Below are positions 31,212-41,600 of a stretch of 64,000 nt of DNA, piece after piece. The notes under the pieces are model-generated. The model ran no database searches, was not told where the DNA came from, and saw only the letters and a program-made list of their open reading frames with translations. The DNA comes from Meyerozyma guilliermondii (Eukaryota). The position numbers were made by a program, and so were the translations under genes. Within the stretch, counting starts at the first letter, position 1. The number at the start of each line of letters is the position of its first letter. The DNA lies in the NCBI GenBank assembly GCA_051546255.1, contig CP128818.1:248001-312000 (forward strand), given 5' to 3'.

Positions 31212-33599
31212 ATGGACGACACAGAGGTGGTTTACGGCCAGATCTTTCGAGTTGGATACTCGGCGGATGCAATTGAACATGTGTATATGCTCAGAGCTGA
31301 CAGTAAACGACTTTCCAATGTTTTACAGGGCCACAGCAAACAGCTTCCCCATCTGAACCATGTCGTCAAAACGTTTCTTTCGCTACTAGAAGCTGGAAAT
31401 CGCCTTCTAGGGGAAACTGTAACCAGCAGGGAAGAGAATCCAACTTTACCGCTTAAGAAACCGGTATTTAATGACGGAGAAGATATCACTCAGTTACGGG
31501 GAGCTCCAAATGTTTCTATAAAAACGTACCAAGAACCCGAGGAAGATGTGTCTGAACAAAACGGACTCTACAATGGAAGCCTGAGACTGGATTCTGCTAC
31601 AGATATCGATACCAAGCCACTTCAACGAAAACCACTGGTTTCTGTAGCTTCGATGGTGGCCGATTTCGAAGTCGCTTCCAATATCACTTTGGTGCTACTT
31701 GTGTGGATTCAGACTGTAGAAAGGGCCAATGCCGAGCTACACACCAGCACAAACAGTTTGGGAAGCGCTCCAGAGCTGGACTCTGTGGAATTGTTGTTCT
31801 CTGAGAAAGACGCTAGACAACACATGAACAACTTGCTCCAAAATTTCAAAAGCTTATTGACTATTGCAGCTTCCAAGCTCAAAGACGACACTTTTGACGA
31901 CAAATTTTGTCTTATAGCGTCGAAAAATATGCTTCTGTTCGTGGTTTCTTTACAACGACTAACTATTTCAAGCATGGTGTTCTACGAAGGCTCAAAAAAT
32001 CCTGTGGTTCTTTCCGTGTTACACACCTTATACGAAGTGAACTTATCGTCTGTTGTTCACGACTTTCTCGCCAACACCGCCGTGAAGTCTGAAGACGATA
32101 CCTATAAAAATGCCGCTGTGCAACTTTCCTATGAAGCGCACTCACTATTGTTTTTAACAGAAGGTATTCTTACCACGCTTCCTGGACCTTTTCTACCTAT
32201 TGATGCCTACTCTACACAGCCCGATATTTCCAGCTCAGAACAGCCTTCGAGTGTGTACGCCAGCTACATAAAAGTGCTTTCTTTCGACGAGCAAATGTTC
32301 ATGGAGTTTTTCCTTCCGCGAATAAGTCCTATTTTGGCGAGGATGTATGCTGCTTTCTATAACCAGGCACCTGACTTGTATGTCGAGCAAGTGAAAAGCA
32401 CTTCTTTCGTGGCGTGGGTTACCGCTAACACCATAGGAGGCAGTCCATATGTTGCACTGGATGTTAACGAGACCACGAATTTGCACAAAAATTTGAAGGC
32501 TTTTGCTCTTGTGGACCATGAACCGAGTCCATTTTTAAACGAGATTGCTAAAATCATCCACCCGACCGGTCAAAGTATCAACTACTTGCCTCTTTTAAGG
32601 GTAAGTTTGTGGATGGCTGCGTACTCGTTCAACGATAGCTTTTTATGGCACTTGACTACGGCCCAAAACTCCAAGTTACTTGACCTATGGCTCTGTACAG
32701 CCTCGTACGTGCTTCGGAATACCCATGATCTGCGCCATCTTCGAGCCGTGAGTACTCTCTTGGTGACAATTTTGCTCAAGATTACGTCGCCCAATGTTGG
32801 AAGTTACAGAAACAGCACCTACCAAAAAATCGTCACCAACTTGAAATCCTACATTATTGACGAGTTCAAGTACAAATTGTGCCACCAGTCAACACCAATA
32901 ATTCCAGTTTCCTTGGATGAACTGGGCAGCAAGTCGGCATTGTACTATATCATGGATATTTGTCAAGTCTTTTTTCGTGCCAATTTAACCAGAAAACTAA
33001 ATGTTGAAATTTTCAAAGGATGTTCCACAATATTGCTTCAAGCGCTTGAAGAACTTGATAGTGAGCCAGAACAAGGACCGTCCACCTACGCATGGGTGGA
33101 ATTGTACAAAACTCTTACCGGATTTTTGGCATTTATTCGAAAGCAAAAGATACTCAAACACTCTGATTTGCCTCAACTCAGCTCGTTGGTAGAGGAAGTA
33201 TTCTACATTATCAATGTGTTGCTTGGACCAAAGTTTTCTGGCATAGTTCACGACTCGATTCCTGTCGTTTATGAGCTTCTGTATCAGATTATGGGCAATG
33301 CTGAAGACTTGACTGCTCTACTCGCAGACTTGGCATTGTCAGACAAGTCTCATCTTTCCACTCTTTGTGCTCTTCTTGAGCAATTGAATCAATTTGTAAA
33401 GTCGGAAGACTCCGAGTTTGACTACCGAATTTTGGTCGAAAGCGGTAAACTTAAAACCATGTTAGCCACCAGCGTGAAAAGCTCGGGCACTAAAAGCTAC
33501 AGTTATAAAGACACCTTTGTGTATTATGGATCAACCATTGATTTCCAGTTTGATAAGAACATTTTGAAGATAGATCAGATGGCACTCGACGAGAAATGA
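31212..33599 (+). CDS. Uncharacterised helical protein with ARMH3/C10orf76 (DUF1741)-like C-terminus
   Basis: 795-aa ORF; LCHQ...MDI...NLTRKLNVEIF, YAWVELYKTLTGFLAF and YELLYQI resemble DUF1741 motifs (recognised by eye). Confidence 0.6.
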   Translation: MDDTEVVYGQIFRVGYSADAIEHVYMLRADSKRLSNVLQGHSKQLPHLNHVVKTFLSLLEAGNRLLGETVTSREENPTLPLKKPVFNDGEDITQLRGAPNVSIKTYQEPEEDVSEQNGLYNGSLRLDSATDIDTKPLQRKPLVSVASMVADFEVASNITLVLLVWIQTVERANAELHTSTNSLGSAPELDSVELLFSEKDARQHMNNLLQNFKSLLTIAASKLKDDTFDDKFCLIASKNMLLFVVSLQRLTISSMVFYEGSKNPVVLSVLHTLYEVNLSSVVHDFLANTAVKSEDDTYKNAAVQLSYEAHSLLFLTEGILTTLPGPFLPIDAYSTQPDISSSEQPSSVYASYIKVLSFDEQMFMEFFLPRISPILARMYAAFYNQAPDLYVEQVKSTSFVAWVTANTIGGSPYVALDVNETTNLHKNLKAFALVDHEPSPFLNEIAKIIHPTGQSINYLPLLRVSLWMAAYSFNDSFLWHLTTAQNSKLLDLWLCTASYVLRNTHDLRHLRAVSTLLVTILLKITSPNVGSYRNSTYQKIVTNLKSYIIDEFKYKLCHQSTPIIPVSLDELGSKSALYYIMDICQVFFRANLTRKLNVEIFKGCSTILLQALEELDSEPEQGPSTYAWVELYKTLTGFLAFIRKQKILKHSDLPQLSSLVEEVFYIINVLLGPKFSGIVHDSIPVVYELLYQIMGNAEDLTALLADLALSDKSHLSTLCALLEQLNQFVKSEDSEFDYRILVESGKLKTMLATSVKSSGTKSYSYKDTFVYYGSTIDFQFDKNILKIDQMALDEK

Positions 33600-33611
33600 A
33601 AATCAGTGAAC

Positions 33612-34475
33612 TTATTTCTTTTCATGAATGGTTCTAAAGAAATCCATACAAGTGGTGAACACCACCAACAAGATACCTCCACCGGGACCCAATCTCAACA
33701 CCTTGGGAATGAAACCTTTGTATAATGCTGCAAAACCTTCCTCTTTTGCGACAAGCAAAACGGAAGGAAACGTCCATCTGTATCTAGTTGAACCAGCTTG
33801 AATTCGGGACTTGACGACATCGAATGGTGTGTTCAATACGGTACCAAAAGTACCACCAATGGTACCACAAGTAAGGTCAATCAAGGTTTTTTCAGATGCG
33901 GTTTTTGGTTTTGGCATCAACGATCTCACCTGGTGAATCAAACCAAAGTATCCAGCATTCCACCAGATGTGTCTCCACAAAGTGGACTCCAAACCTTTAT
34001 ACAAACCGAGAACACCGTTGTTCTTGACGATATCTTTAACCACTTCTCCCATTCCGTTGAACCGAGACGTTTTATCTTGCAACTTGATCTTGATCAATTC
34101 GAACGGAACAACAACGAACGACTCCGTGGCACCGGCCGTGGCTCCAGTCAAGATAGCCAAAGGCTGACTCATGGTCAGAACGCCAAAAAATGATCTATAA
34201 ATCTTTCCCCATTCATCATTAGCAGCAAATTTGGTAGCCCTTTTGGGTGCTTCCATCAAAATTGGAGCAGAAATTCCCTTATAAAGACGAGAAAAACCCT
34301 CTTCGGCGACAATCTTTCTCAAACACCGAATCGTACCGTTATAGGCTCCAGTGGAGTCCAATTGTTGTCTTGTTTTAACCACATCGAGCGGGTACATAAC
34401 CAAGATTTCTGATACACCAGCAACGGCGCCAGCAGCAAATTGGTATTGAAACGGAAGTGGTTTAGGGTCTGCCAT
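33612..34475 (-). CDS. ODC1: Mitochondrial 2-oxodicarboxylate carrier
   Basis: PLPFQYQFAAGAVAGVSEILVMYPLDVVKTR, three carrier signatures, PKVLRLGPGGG. Confidence 0.88.
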   Translation of the reverse strand: MADPKPLPFQYQFAAGAVAGVSEILVMYPLDVVKTRQQLDSTGAYNGTIRCLRKIVAEEGFSRLYKGISAPILMEAPKRATKFAANDEWGKIYRSFFGVLTMSQPLAILTGATAGATESFVVVPFELIKIKLQDKTSRFNGMGEVVKDIVKNNGVLGLYKGLESTLWRHIWWNAGYFGLIHQVRSLMPKPKTASEKTLIDLTCGTIGGTFGTVLNTPFDVVKSRIQAGSTRYRWTFPSVLLVAKEEGFAALYKGFIPKVLRLGPGGGILLVVFTTCMDFFRTIHEKK

Positions 34476-34839
34476 GGTGAATAAATTTGGGTTTCTATGC
34501 AAAATAGTGGTTTTTTCACCGGTGATCAGATTCTGCCTCGTTGATTTGTTCAGTCATATGAAATTGTGCGATACCGCTATTAGATAAGCAGGGCTTGAAC
34601 ACAAGAGGCTTGGAAACGGGCAACTTTTGGGAGATGTAGGGAGTTGTGGGGGATACGATGGTGGTGATATTCTCGAGGTGACTGGTCTAATTGTGTGGTT
34701 TCAATTTTTTGGTTGACACTTAGGGGTCAACGGCCGGAGTCGGGTGGTGCGCGGGGTCGAGTGTGGGGTAGAAAAATACGTCAACTGCTATTGGAGAATA
34801 CGACGATGCAAAAAGTGTCGCAAATGTCTGTCTTATCGA

Positions 34840-37143
34840 CTAGGGGTTGCTAGCGGCGAGTCTATATATCCTTACGGAGTTGTCCCAGCTTCCTACTGCA
34901 ATTCTGTGCTTATTAAAACCCACTCGTGAGACTCTTGCAGCCGGAGTAATTTTCTCATCGAATTCGTCACAGAGCACAAGTTCTGGTTTATTCAACTCAA
35001 ACAGCAATAACGAGATCGCTCCACTCTCCATTCCTGCCACGACTCGTCCCTGGTCGTTTTGGATGTCGCAATCCACTGCGGTAACACTATCTTGCAATTT
35101 CATCGAGGAAACCAATTGAATTTTTTTATCTTCAAGTTTCCACAACTTGACCAGTTTGTCTCTGGATCCCGTAAGGAAGTAGTGGCCATGATCTGTAGAC
35201 TTGACCCAACAGCAATCCCAGATAATTTTTGTATGGGCTTTGCTATTGAGTTCCACAAGTTCGAATAGTGCCTTAGTTTCGTCAACCACTTTCCATACAC
35301 TCAACTGCCTATCTCTCGACACTGCCAATAAATATTGTCCGTCGCTGGAGAACCTTAGGCTGGTTACCGTAAGATTATGTCCCTCGAGAAGCTGTGAAGA
35401 TTGTTGGTACTCAGAAGCAGCATTGAATACACGAATTACAGCATGACGAGAAGTATTGGAACGACAAGTAGAGGCTATGAGGTTGCCGTTAGGTGACACG
35501 GCCACACTGGATATTTCGTAGCCATGCCCATAAAGTTTTTCTTGCTCGGGAAAGAGTGTGTGTCTCTGGAGATAATCTTCAAGTGGTGGAGATGGCGGAA
35601 GAATGTCTTTTTCTTCTGGGTAGTCGTTTTTTTCTTGGTCGTCGTTATCCTCTTGGTAGTCGCCGGCTTCCATCTGCTTTTCAGCCTTGTTGGACAAACC
35701 TAAGACCGGTAAAGATGCTGATTCTGGAAGCAGATGCGATGATATTTTGACTCCGCAAGCATCCTGTAACAACTGACTTATCAGCTTTGTCATCTCGAAT
35801 ACCCTCAACACCTTTTCTTCTCCTCCAGAAACGAATTTCAGACCGTCAATGTGGTCCAAAGACACCATATCGTAGCCGTGAATTTGGGGTCTTGCGAACT
35901 CGTGCCATGTGTGATCTTTTGCCCATTGAGCATATAGACGGGTAGTTTGGTCGAGAGAAGTTGCCATGAAGAATCCTTGGTTTGACCACTTTACGTCTGT
36001 CACTTCACGAACTGGTCCAGAAACGCTTATTTTTGGGTTCCAGTTTCCCGAAGTTTCACCATTGCAATATGTTCGTATAGCACCAGTTTTTCCACTCGCC
36101 ATGATATACTCAATATCATCTTTTGCAAACCACAAACACGACCAAAATCCACCACTGGCACCAGTAGCAGTGGAGGCACCTTTAATGGACATTTCTCCAA
36201 GACGACTTATGGAACACCAGATACCGCTCTCTTTATCCATTTCCCATATCATTACTGCGGTGTCTGCGCTGGAAGAAGCAAGTTGGAGCTTTCCTTGAGG
36301 GTTCCATTGTAATCCTGAAACCCAGTCATCGTGGCCCATAAGAAGAGCGTCAAAAGATATGGCAACTCGATGGTGTGCCAATTGGAATTTGTGCTGCTTG
36401 TTAGACAAAAGAATGAGCTTCGAGTCGTCGTCGTCCGCATCGTCGATCTTATCGTCCACCTTGACTCTCCAAAGACGAATATAACGATCCTGTGAACCAG
36501 ATGCTAGTATGTAATTGTTCTCTTCCTGCTTCACAAAACTAAGAGCTTTTATCCAATCTTCATGACCTGTAAGAACGGCACAACGTGATACAGCCGCAGA
36601 ATCGGCCAGGATCTTCACAGAGTACACATACAACTTGCTATTTGTGCCACCAATTACCAAGATGTAGCTGTCTTTGTAAAGTTGTTGCAATGCAAGTGTG
36701 AGTGGAAAAAAACCGTTCTGGACTTGAAAATTACTGAGCTGGGTCCAGTTGTCTTCTTGAAATCCCCACAAGATTATGTTGCCATCTGCTCCACCGGTTG
36801 CAAATATCGAGCTATCAACTACAGCTAGCGATGTGACAGAACTGGTATGACCCTTCAATGTCTGGAAAAGACTGAAATCATTATTTGCTTGTTTCCACAC
36901 AATAACGGTATCGTCCTCAGCGATAGAAACGAGAAATGGTGTTTCTGGAACGAATTTGACCCCTGTGACTGTCCGAGAATGACCCTTCAAGGTGCTGTAA
37001 ACACCTGATTTTTCATCTTTGATTGGCTTCCATATAGCTACACAGGTGCCTGCTCCATATGCTACTATTTCCGATCCGGGATCGTAGTCTAGAATGTTTG
37101 CCTGGGTGTTGGCTCCTATAAAAACTGCTTCTTGCAGCACCAT
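34840..37143 (-). CDS. ELP2: Elongator subunit Elp2 (WD40)
   Basis: EAVFIGAN start, GHEDWIK, SQDRYIRLW, HEFARPQIHGYD, LFPEQEKLYGHGYEI; alternative ATG at 37161. Confidence 0.93.
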   Translation of the reverse strand: MVLQEAVFIGANTQANILDYDPGSEIVAYGAGTCVAIWKPIKDEKSGVYSTLKGHSRTVTGVKFVPETPFLVSIAEDDTVIVWKQANNDFSLFQTLKGHTSSVTSLAVVDSSIFATGGADGNIILWGFQEDNWTQLSNFQVQNGFFPLTLALQQLYKDSYILVIGGTNSKLYVYSVKILADSAAVSRCAVLTGHEDWIKALSFVKQEENNYILASGSQDRYIRLWRVKVDDKIDDADDDDSKLILLSNKQHKFQLAHHRVAISFDALLMGHDDWVSGLQWNPQGKLQLASSSADTAVMIWEMDKESGIWCSISRLGEMSIKGASTATGASGGFWSCLWFAKDDIEYIMASGKTGAIRTYCNGETSGNWNPKISVSGPVREVTDVKWSNQGFFMATSLDQTTRLYAQWAKDHTWHEFARPQIHGYDMVSLDHIDGLKFVSGGEEKVLRVFEMTKLISQLLQDACGVKISSHLLPESASLPVLGLSNKAEKQMEAGDYQEDNDDQEKNDYPEEKDILPPSPPLEDYLQRHTLFPEQEKLYGHGYEISSVAVSPNGNLIASTCRSNTSRHAVIRVFNAASEYQQSSQLLEGHNLTVTSLRFSSDGQYLLAVSRDRQLSVWKVVDETKALFELVELNSKAHTKIIWDCCWVKSTDHGHYFLTGSRDKLVKLWKLEDKKIQLVSSMKLQDSVTAVDCDIQNDQGRVVAGMESGAISLLLFELNKPELVLCDEFDEKITPAARVSRVGFNKHRIAVGSWDNSVRIYRLAASNP

Positions 37144-37254
37144 CAAGTCGAGCGATGACATCGAAAAGGCTGCGAAGAGTTGAAAAATCGTGCGTTGTCT
37201 GCAGGAGAAATCATGATAAATGTAATTTGGGTGCGACTGGTGAGTACTGCAATC

Positions 37255-37986
37255 ATGGTATCGGCGTAAGTATAATTCACCAAATTTGTCTACAATTTCT
37301 AACTCAGCATTATTCTCGTCTCAAACGCGACTCCAGATACGATTTTGCAGTTCCATGACCAATTGCTGAACGAACTTCCTGTTCTAAAAGGTAACTGGAA
37401 CTTTAGCTTCAAGATTTTCAGAAACAATCCCTACTCAATTCCTCCAGAAAAAGCTTTGGAATTGCTGCAGTCCGACGAGTCCAAGTACTTACACACCTGG
37501 TCACCATCCTACTTACCTGGAACGGGCGTAGCACTCATTAACAAGTCTTCGTCATGTGTCTTTTCTCAAGTAATTGCTGAAGAAGCGGGTAATGAAAATG
37601 TTGAATTTACCATTCCAGACGCTCACCTTCACCAGGGAGCCACTACTGGGCTCAATGACCCATTTGACTACTTTGTTGCTCAAAAACTTCAAAGCATGTG
37701 GACCCAAAGACAAACCGTGAAAGGCGATGGAGGAGAAATTTACGAACTCGAAAACGAGCGGGTGATCATACGAACCTCTAATGTGTTTCTACATGGTGTA
37801 TTCAAAGGTTTATTGATTCAAATTGAAATCCCATCAATAACTACCGCTGATGCTACTGTGTTCGATCCCGTAATTCAACGCTACAGAATTCCCCAAGGAA
37901 GGATATGCGCTGAAGTTTTGGACCCGAACTTATTGGACAAGTACGGAGACTTGTGCTTGCAATTGGCCGAGATTCTCAACTTTTAG
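37255..37986 (+). CDS. SRB2: Mediator subunit Med20/Srb2; two exons (37255-37265, 37308-37986)
   Basis: Splicing gives MVSAIILVSNATPDTILQFHD; KLQSMWTQRQTVKGDGGEIY and NVFLHGVFKGLLIQIE are Med20-like; without exon 1 there is no ATG for the N-terminal region. Confidence 0.85.
37266..37307 (+). other. Spliceosomal intron (42 nt) in SRB2
   Basis: GTAAGT donor, TTCTAAC branch point (37297-37303), CAG acceptor; removal joins ATG 37255 in frame with the ORF. Confidence 0.85.
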
Positions 37987-38095
37987 ATGCCGAAGGATAG
38001 CCGTTCTTGTTCATCTGGGGTACATCCTGCAGATAGTCGAAAATCTCATCGCATCCGCTTTTTGATCGCATCGCTTTGAGAGTAGTCAGAGCACC

Positions 38096-40360
38096 ATGGC
38101 CAAGCCCAAAAAAGGAGCAAAAGTCAATAACCCCAACAGAAAATCCCGCAACCAGAAGGTTCTCCAGACCATAGCGGATTTGCAAAAGCGTATCGACGAA
38201 TATGACCCGGCTACAGATGAACAGTCCATTTCTCAGTTCAAGCATCTCCCCATCAGTGAAGGAACCTACAAGGGACTTCTTGAAAATAACTTTGTTTCGT
38301 TGACCGATATTCAGAAGAAAGCCATCCCTGTAGCATTGAAGTCCGAAGATGTAATGGGAACTGCCAGAACAGGATCCGGAAAGACACTTGCATTTCTCGT
38401 TCCAGTGATTGAAAAGTTGATTCGCGAAAATATTACTGAGTACGACGGACTTGCAGCTTTGATTGTATCGCCTACACGAGAGCTTGCGGTACAAACGTTT
38501 GAGGTATTGACCAAAATTGGTAAGTACAACTCGTTTTCTGCTGGTTTGGTAACCGGTGGAAAAGACGTCAAGTACGAAAAAGAGCGTATTTCAAGAATGA
38601 ACATTTTGATAGGTACTCCAGGCCGTATATCGCAGCACTTGAACGAAGCGGTGGGCATGGAAACCTCCAATTTGCAAGTATTGGTTCTTGACGAAGCTGA
38701 CAGATGCTTGGACATGGGTTTCCGCAAGCAAATTGACAATATTCTTGGTCATTTACCCGTCACCAGACAAACACTTTTGTTCTCAGCGACCCAGTCAGAC
38801 AATGTCAAGGACCTTGCAAGATTATCTTTGGTGAATCCTAAGCGTGTTGGAGTCAGTTCTGACCAAGAAGTGTCCAGTATACCCGAGTCTTTGGAACAAT
38901 ACTACATCAAGATCAGCTTAGCATCCAAGATGGATGTGTTATGGTCGTTTCTCAAGTCACATCTCAAGAGCAAGATCTTGGTTTTCTTCTCGTCGTCTAA
39001 ACAAGTCCAGTTTGCGTATGAGGCCTTCAGAAGACTTCAGCCGGGAATCTCACTTTTGAAATTATATGGTCGTCACAAGCAAACGTCCCGTTTAGAGACC
39101 ACAATGAAGTTTTCCCGAGCTCAGCATGCGTGCTTATTTGCAACAGATATAGTAGCCAGGGGACTCGATTTCCCGGCTATTGACTGGGTGGTTCAGGTAG
39201 ACTGTCCAGAAGACGCTGCCACTTATGTTCATCGTGTGGGAAGAGCGGCTCGTTTTGGGCGACAAGGAAAGTCGCTTTTGATGCTTGCACCTTCAGAAGA
39301 GGAGGGAATGGTCAAAAGACTAGAAGCGCATAAGATCTCGTTGAAGATGATGAACATCAAGCAAAAAAATAAAAAAGTCATATCTCCACAACTCCAATCG
39401 CTCTGTTTCCAGGACCCAGAGTTGAAGAATCTTGGCCAACGTGCTTTCATATCGTACATGAAATCGGTTCACATACAAAAAGACAAAGATATATTCAAAG
39501 TCGAGGAATTACCAGCGGCAGAATATGCCAAAGCTTTGGGATTACCAGGAACCCCCAACATCAACATTAAGAACGGAGCAGGTAACAAGGACAAAAAGAA
39601 TATGTCGAGAGAGTTATTGGCACTTCAAAAGCCAGAAAAGCAAAAATCAGATTCGGAAAAGGTCAGAACGAAATACGACCGAATGTTCGAGCGCCAAAAT
39701 CAAACTGTACTTTCCAAAAACTACTTGAACATGGCTGCTGGTGACGATAGTGGCAGTGAGGATGATTTCATGTCGGTTAAAAGAAAAGATCACATCATTA
39801 AAGATGAAGAGTTGCCTGATTTGTCCGTTCCTGTTTCCAAGCGTCAAAGCAAAAAAGCTCTTTCGAAAAAAGCGTCTCTTAAACTGAAAGGAAACCCTAC
39901 CAAATTGATATTTGACGACGAGGGTGTCACTCATCACTTGTATGAATTTGAAGACGAAGAAGACTTTAAGCTGAGAGGCGATGCCAAACTTCAAAAAGCC
40001 GAATTCGTCAGTAAAGAAAACGAAGCTATGTCCAAGGCTGATGTGGACGATAAGGCTACTGCTCGAGAAAAGCGTCAAGAAAAGAAGCGGAGATGGAAGG
40101 AGCAAGAGCGTTTAGCTCGTGAACAGGACGAGTTCTCGGGCTCAGAAGATGAAGCCCACACGGTGACTCTAGCTGGTGCAGACATAGATCGTGACATGGA
40201 CTATGGTCGTTCAAGTGAGGACGAGCAGCCTCCAAGTAAGAAACCAAAGTGGTTTGAGCAAGAGAAACCAAAGAAGAAGAAGGTCGATATTGTTGAGGTT
40301 GAAGAACCTGAGACACTTGAGGATTTGGAAGCGTTGACCGCCAAGTTGATTGGAAGTTGA
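38096..40360 (+). CDS. DBP4: DEAD-box RNA helicase Dbp4/Hca4
   Basis: ARTGSGKTLAF, DEAD, SAT, HRVGRAAR, LGQRAFISY...LGLPG (DDX10 type); PAC CTCATCGC at 38045-38052. Confidence 0.93.
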   Translation: MAKPKKGAKVNNPNRKSRNQKVLQTIADLQKRIDEYDPATDEQSISQFKHLPISEGTYKGLLENNFVSLTDIQKKAIPVALKSEDVMGTARTGSGKTLAFLVPVIEKLIRENITEYDGLAALIVSPTRELAVQTFEVLTKIGKYNSFSAGLVTGGKDVKYEKERISRMNILIGTPGRISQHLNEAVGMETSNLQVLVLDEADRCLDMGFRKQIDNILGHLPVTRQTLLFSATQSDNVKDLARLSLVNPKRVGVSSDQEVSSIPESLEQYYIKISLASKMDVLWSFLKSHLKSKILVFFSSSKQVQFAYEAFRRLQPGISLLKLYGRHKQTSRLETTMKFSRAQHACLFATDIVARGLDFPAIDWVVQVDCPEDAATYVHRVGRAARFGRQGKSLLMLAPSEEEGMVKRLEAHKISLKMMNIKQKNKKVISPQLQSLCFQDPELKNLGQRAFISYMKSVHIQKDKDIFKVEELPAAEYAKALGLPGTPNINIKNGAGNKDKKNMSRELLALQKPEKQKSDSEKVRTKYDRMFERQNQTVLSKNYLNMAAGDDSGSEDDFMSVKRKDHIIKDEELPDLSVPVSKRQSKKALSKKASLKLKGNPTKLIFDDEGVTHHLYEFEDEEDFKLRGDAKLQKAEFVSKENEAMSKADVDDKATAREKRQEKKRRWKEQERLAREQDEFSGSEDEAHTVTLAGADIDRDMDYGRSSEDEQPPSKKPKWFEQEKPKKKKVDIVEVEEPETLEDLEALTAKLIGS

Positions 40361-40442
40361 ACCCACTGGCAAACTACTCAGTAGAAAGGCTCCACTAGTA
40401 TCGGCTCCACTAGTATCTACATTGCATATTAATATTCGTTAT

Positions 40443-41513
40443 TCATGCTACCTTAGGAATGGCGACTAGCTTGCCGTCTACTTTACCCAAATTGTACATT
40501 CTGCCCTTGATAAGCGCACCCTGTTCATCGTAGATGGTTTCTTCTGATGGTGGAAACATTTCCATTGCAACGACCTCTTGGACAAACTTGGAGGGTGCAC
40601 CTTGAGCAAGAGTCAAGGTATTATCGTTTCCTATATTCATGCTGACTTTTCCTGATTTGTGGATGTTTATGGACCCGATTTGGCCATGGTTTGTTGGAGT
40701 GCCGTCTTCATTGGTATACTGGGGTAATATTTGAGGAAGCTGGATGAGAAAATATGGTTCTTCGACAGACAAATTTTCCATTTTTCTTGAGAGCATACAC
40801 GAGATTGCTTCGTGGTCCCTGGCGAGTTTCTCTGATTCTTCTTGGCCCAAAAGGTCTGCAGGTTCAGCGATCTTGGATTCGAGTTCTGCTTTATGTTCTT
40901 TGATTTTAAGTAGTTCCTCCTCAATTGGCTCCTCGCTTTTAACTGAAGTTTCTCTGACGTAGACTGGTTCATTATCCGGAGTGTCCTCTCTTGTAGCTGG
41001 CGTTTTGGTGTTGTCAACTTCCGTAGTATTTGCTCGTTCTGGACGCACTGGAAAAAGAACGGTTTCTTCGTCTGCAAATTTGTACTCTTTGTTCATATTG
41101 ATGCGTGTCATGTCCTCGTCGTCCAGGTCTTCGCTGAGCGAGCCTGTGGTCTCAGTTTTGGTCTTCCGCTTCAAATTTTGAAAGAGTTCTGGTGATGGAG
41201 AAACAGAATTGAAAACCATGTCTTTGGTGTTTCCGGTTTTTGACCCAGATGGAGTTCCCATAGAAACAGATCCCATGGACAATGGTCCCGCGGACACTAC
41301 ATGAGTGCCAGCATAGGCGGGTTTTCGACTTTTCGGGCCTCTGGACTGATTATTTTTGGGAACGACTCGCGGAGTCGGTTCTGGTTTCACAACGGTTTCC
41401 TTCTCTCGTTCCTCTTTGGACTTTCTTACGACCACCTTGGGCTTGAACTTCAACGAGGGTTTGCTAGCGGGCGGTTTTCTGGGCGAATTTAGCGATTCGA
41501 GTCGGTTGGACAT
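40443..41513 (-). CDS. RPC53: RNA polymerase III subunit C53
   Basis: KPSLKFKPKVVVRKSKEER N-terminus; GQIGSINIHKSGKVSMNIG RPC4 domain. Confidence 0.88.
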   Translation of the reverse strand: MSNRLESLNSPRKPPASKPSLKFKPKVVVRKSKEEREKETVVKPEPTPRVVPKNNQSRGPKSRKPAYAGTHVVSAGPLSMGSVSMGTPSGSKTGNTKDMVFNSVSPSPELFQNLKRKTKTETTGSLSEDLDDEDMTRINMNKEYKFADEETVLFPVRPERANTTEVDNTKTPATREDTPDNEPVYVRETSVKSEEPIEEELLKIKEHKAELESKIAEPADLLGQEESEKLARDHEAISCMLSRKMENLSVEEPYFLIQLPQILPQYTNEDGTPTNHGQIGSINIHKSGKVSMNIGNDNTLTLAQGAPSKFVQEVVAMEMFPPSEETIYDEQGALIKGRMYNLGKVDGKLVAIPKVA

Positions 41514-41600
41514 GTTTTATGGTGGAAGAAACAGCGATGAGAATTGACACAAAATTGAAAAAATGAGATGCGATGCGATGCGATTTGCAACTTTGATATC

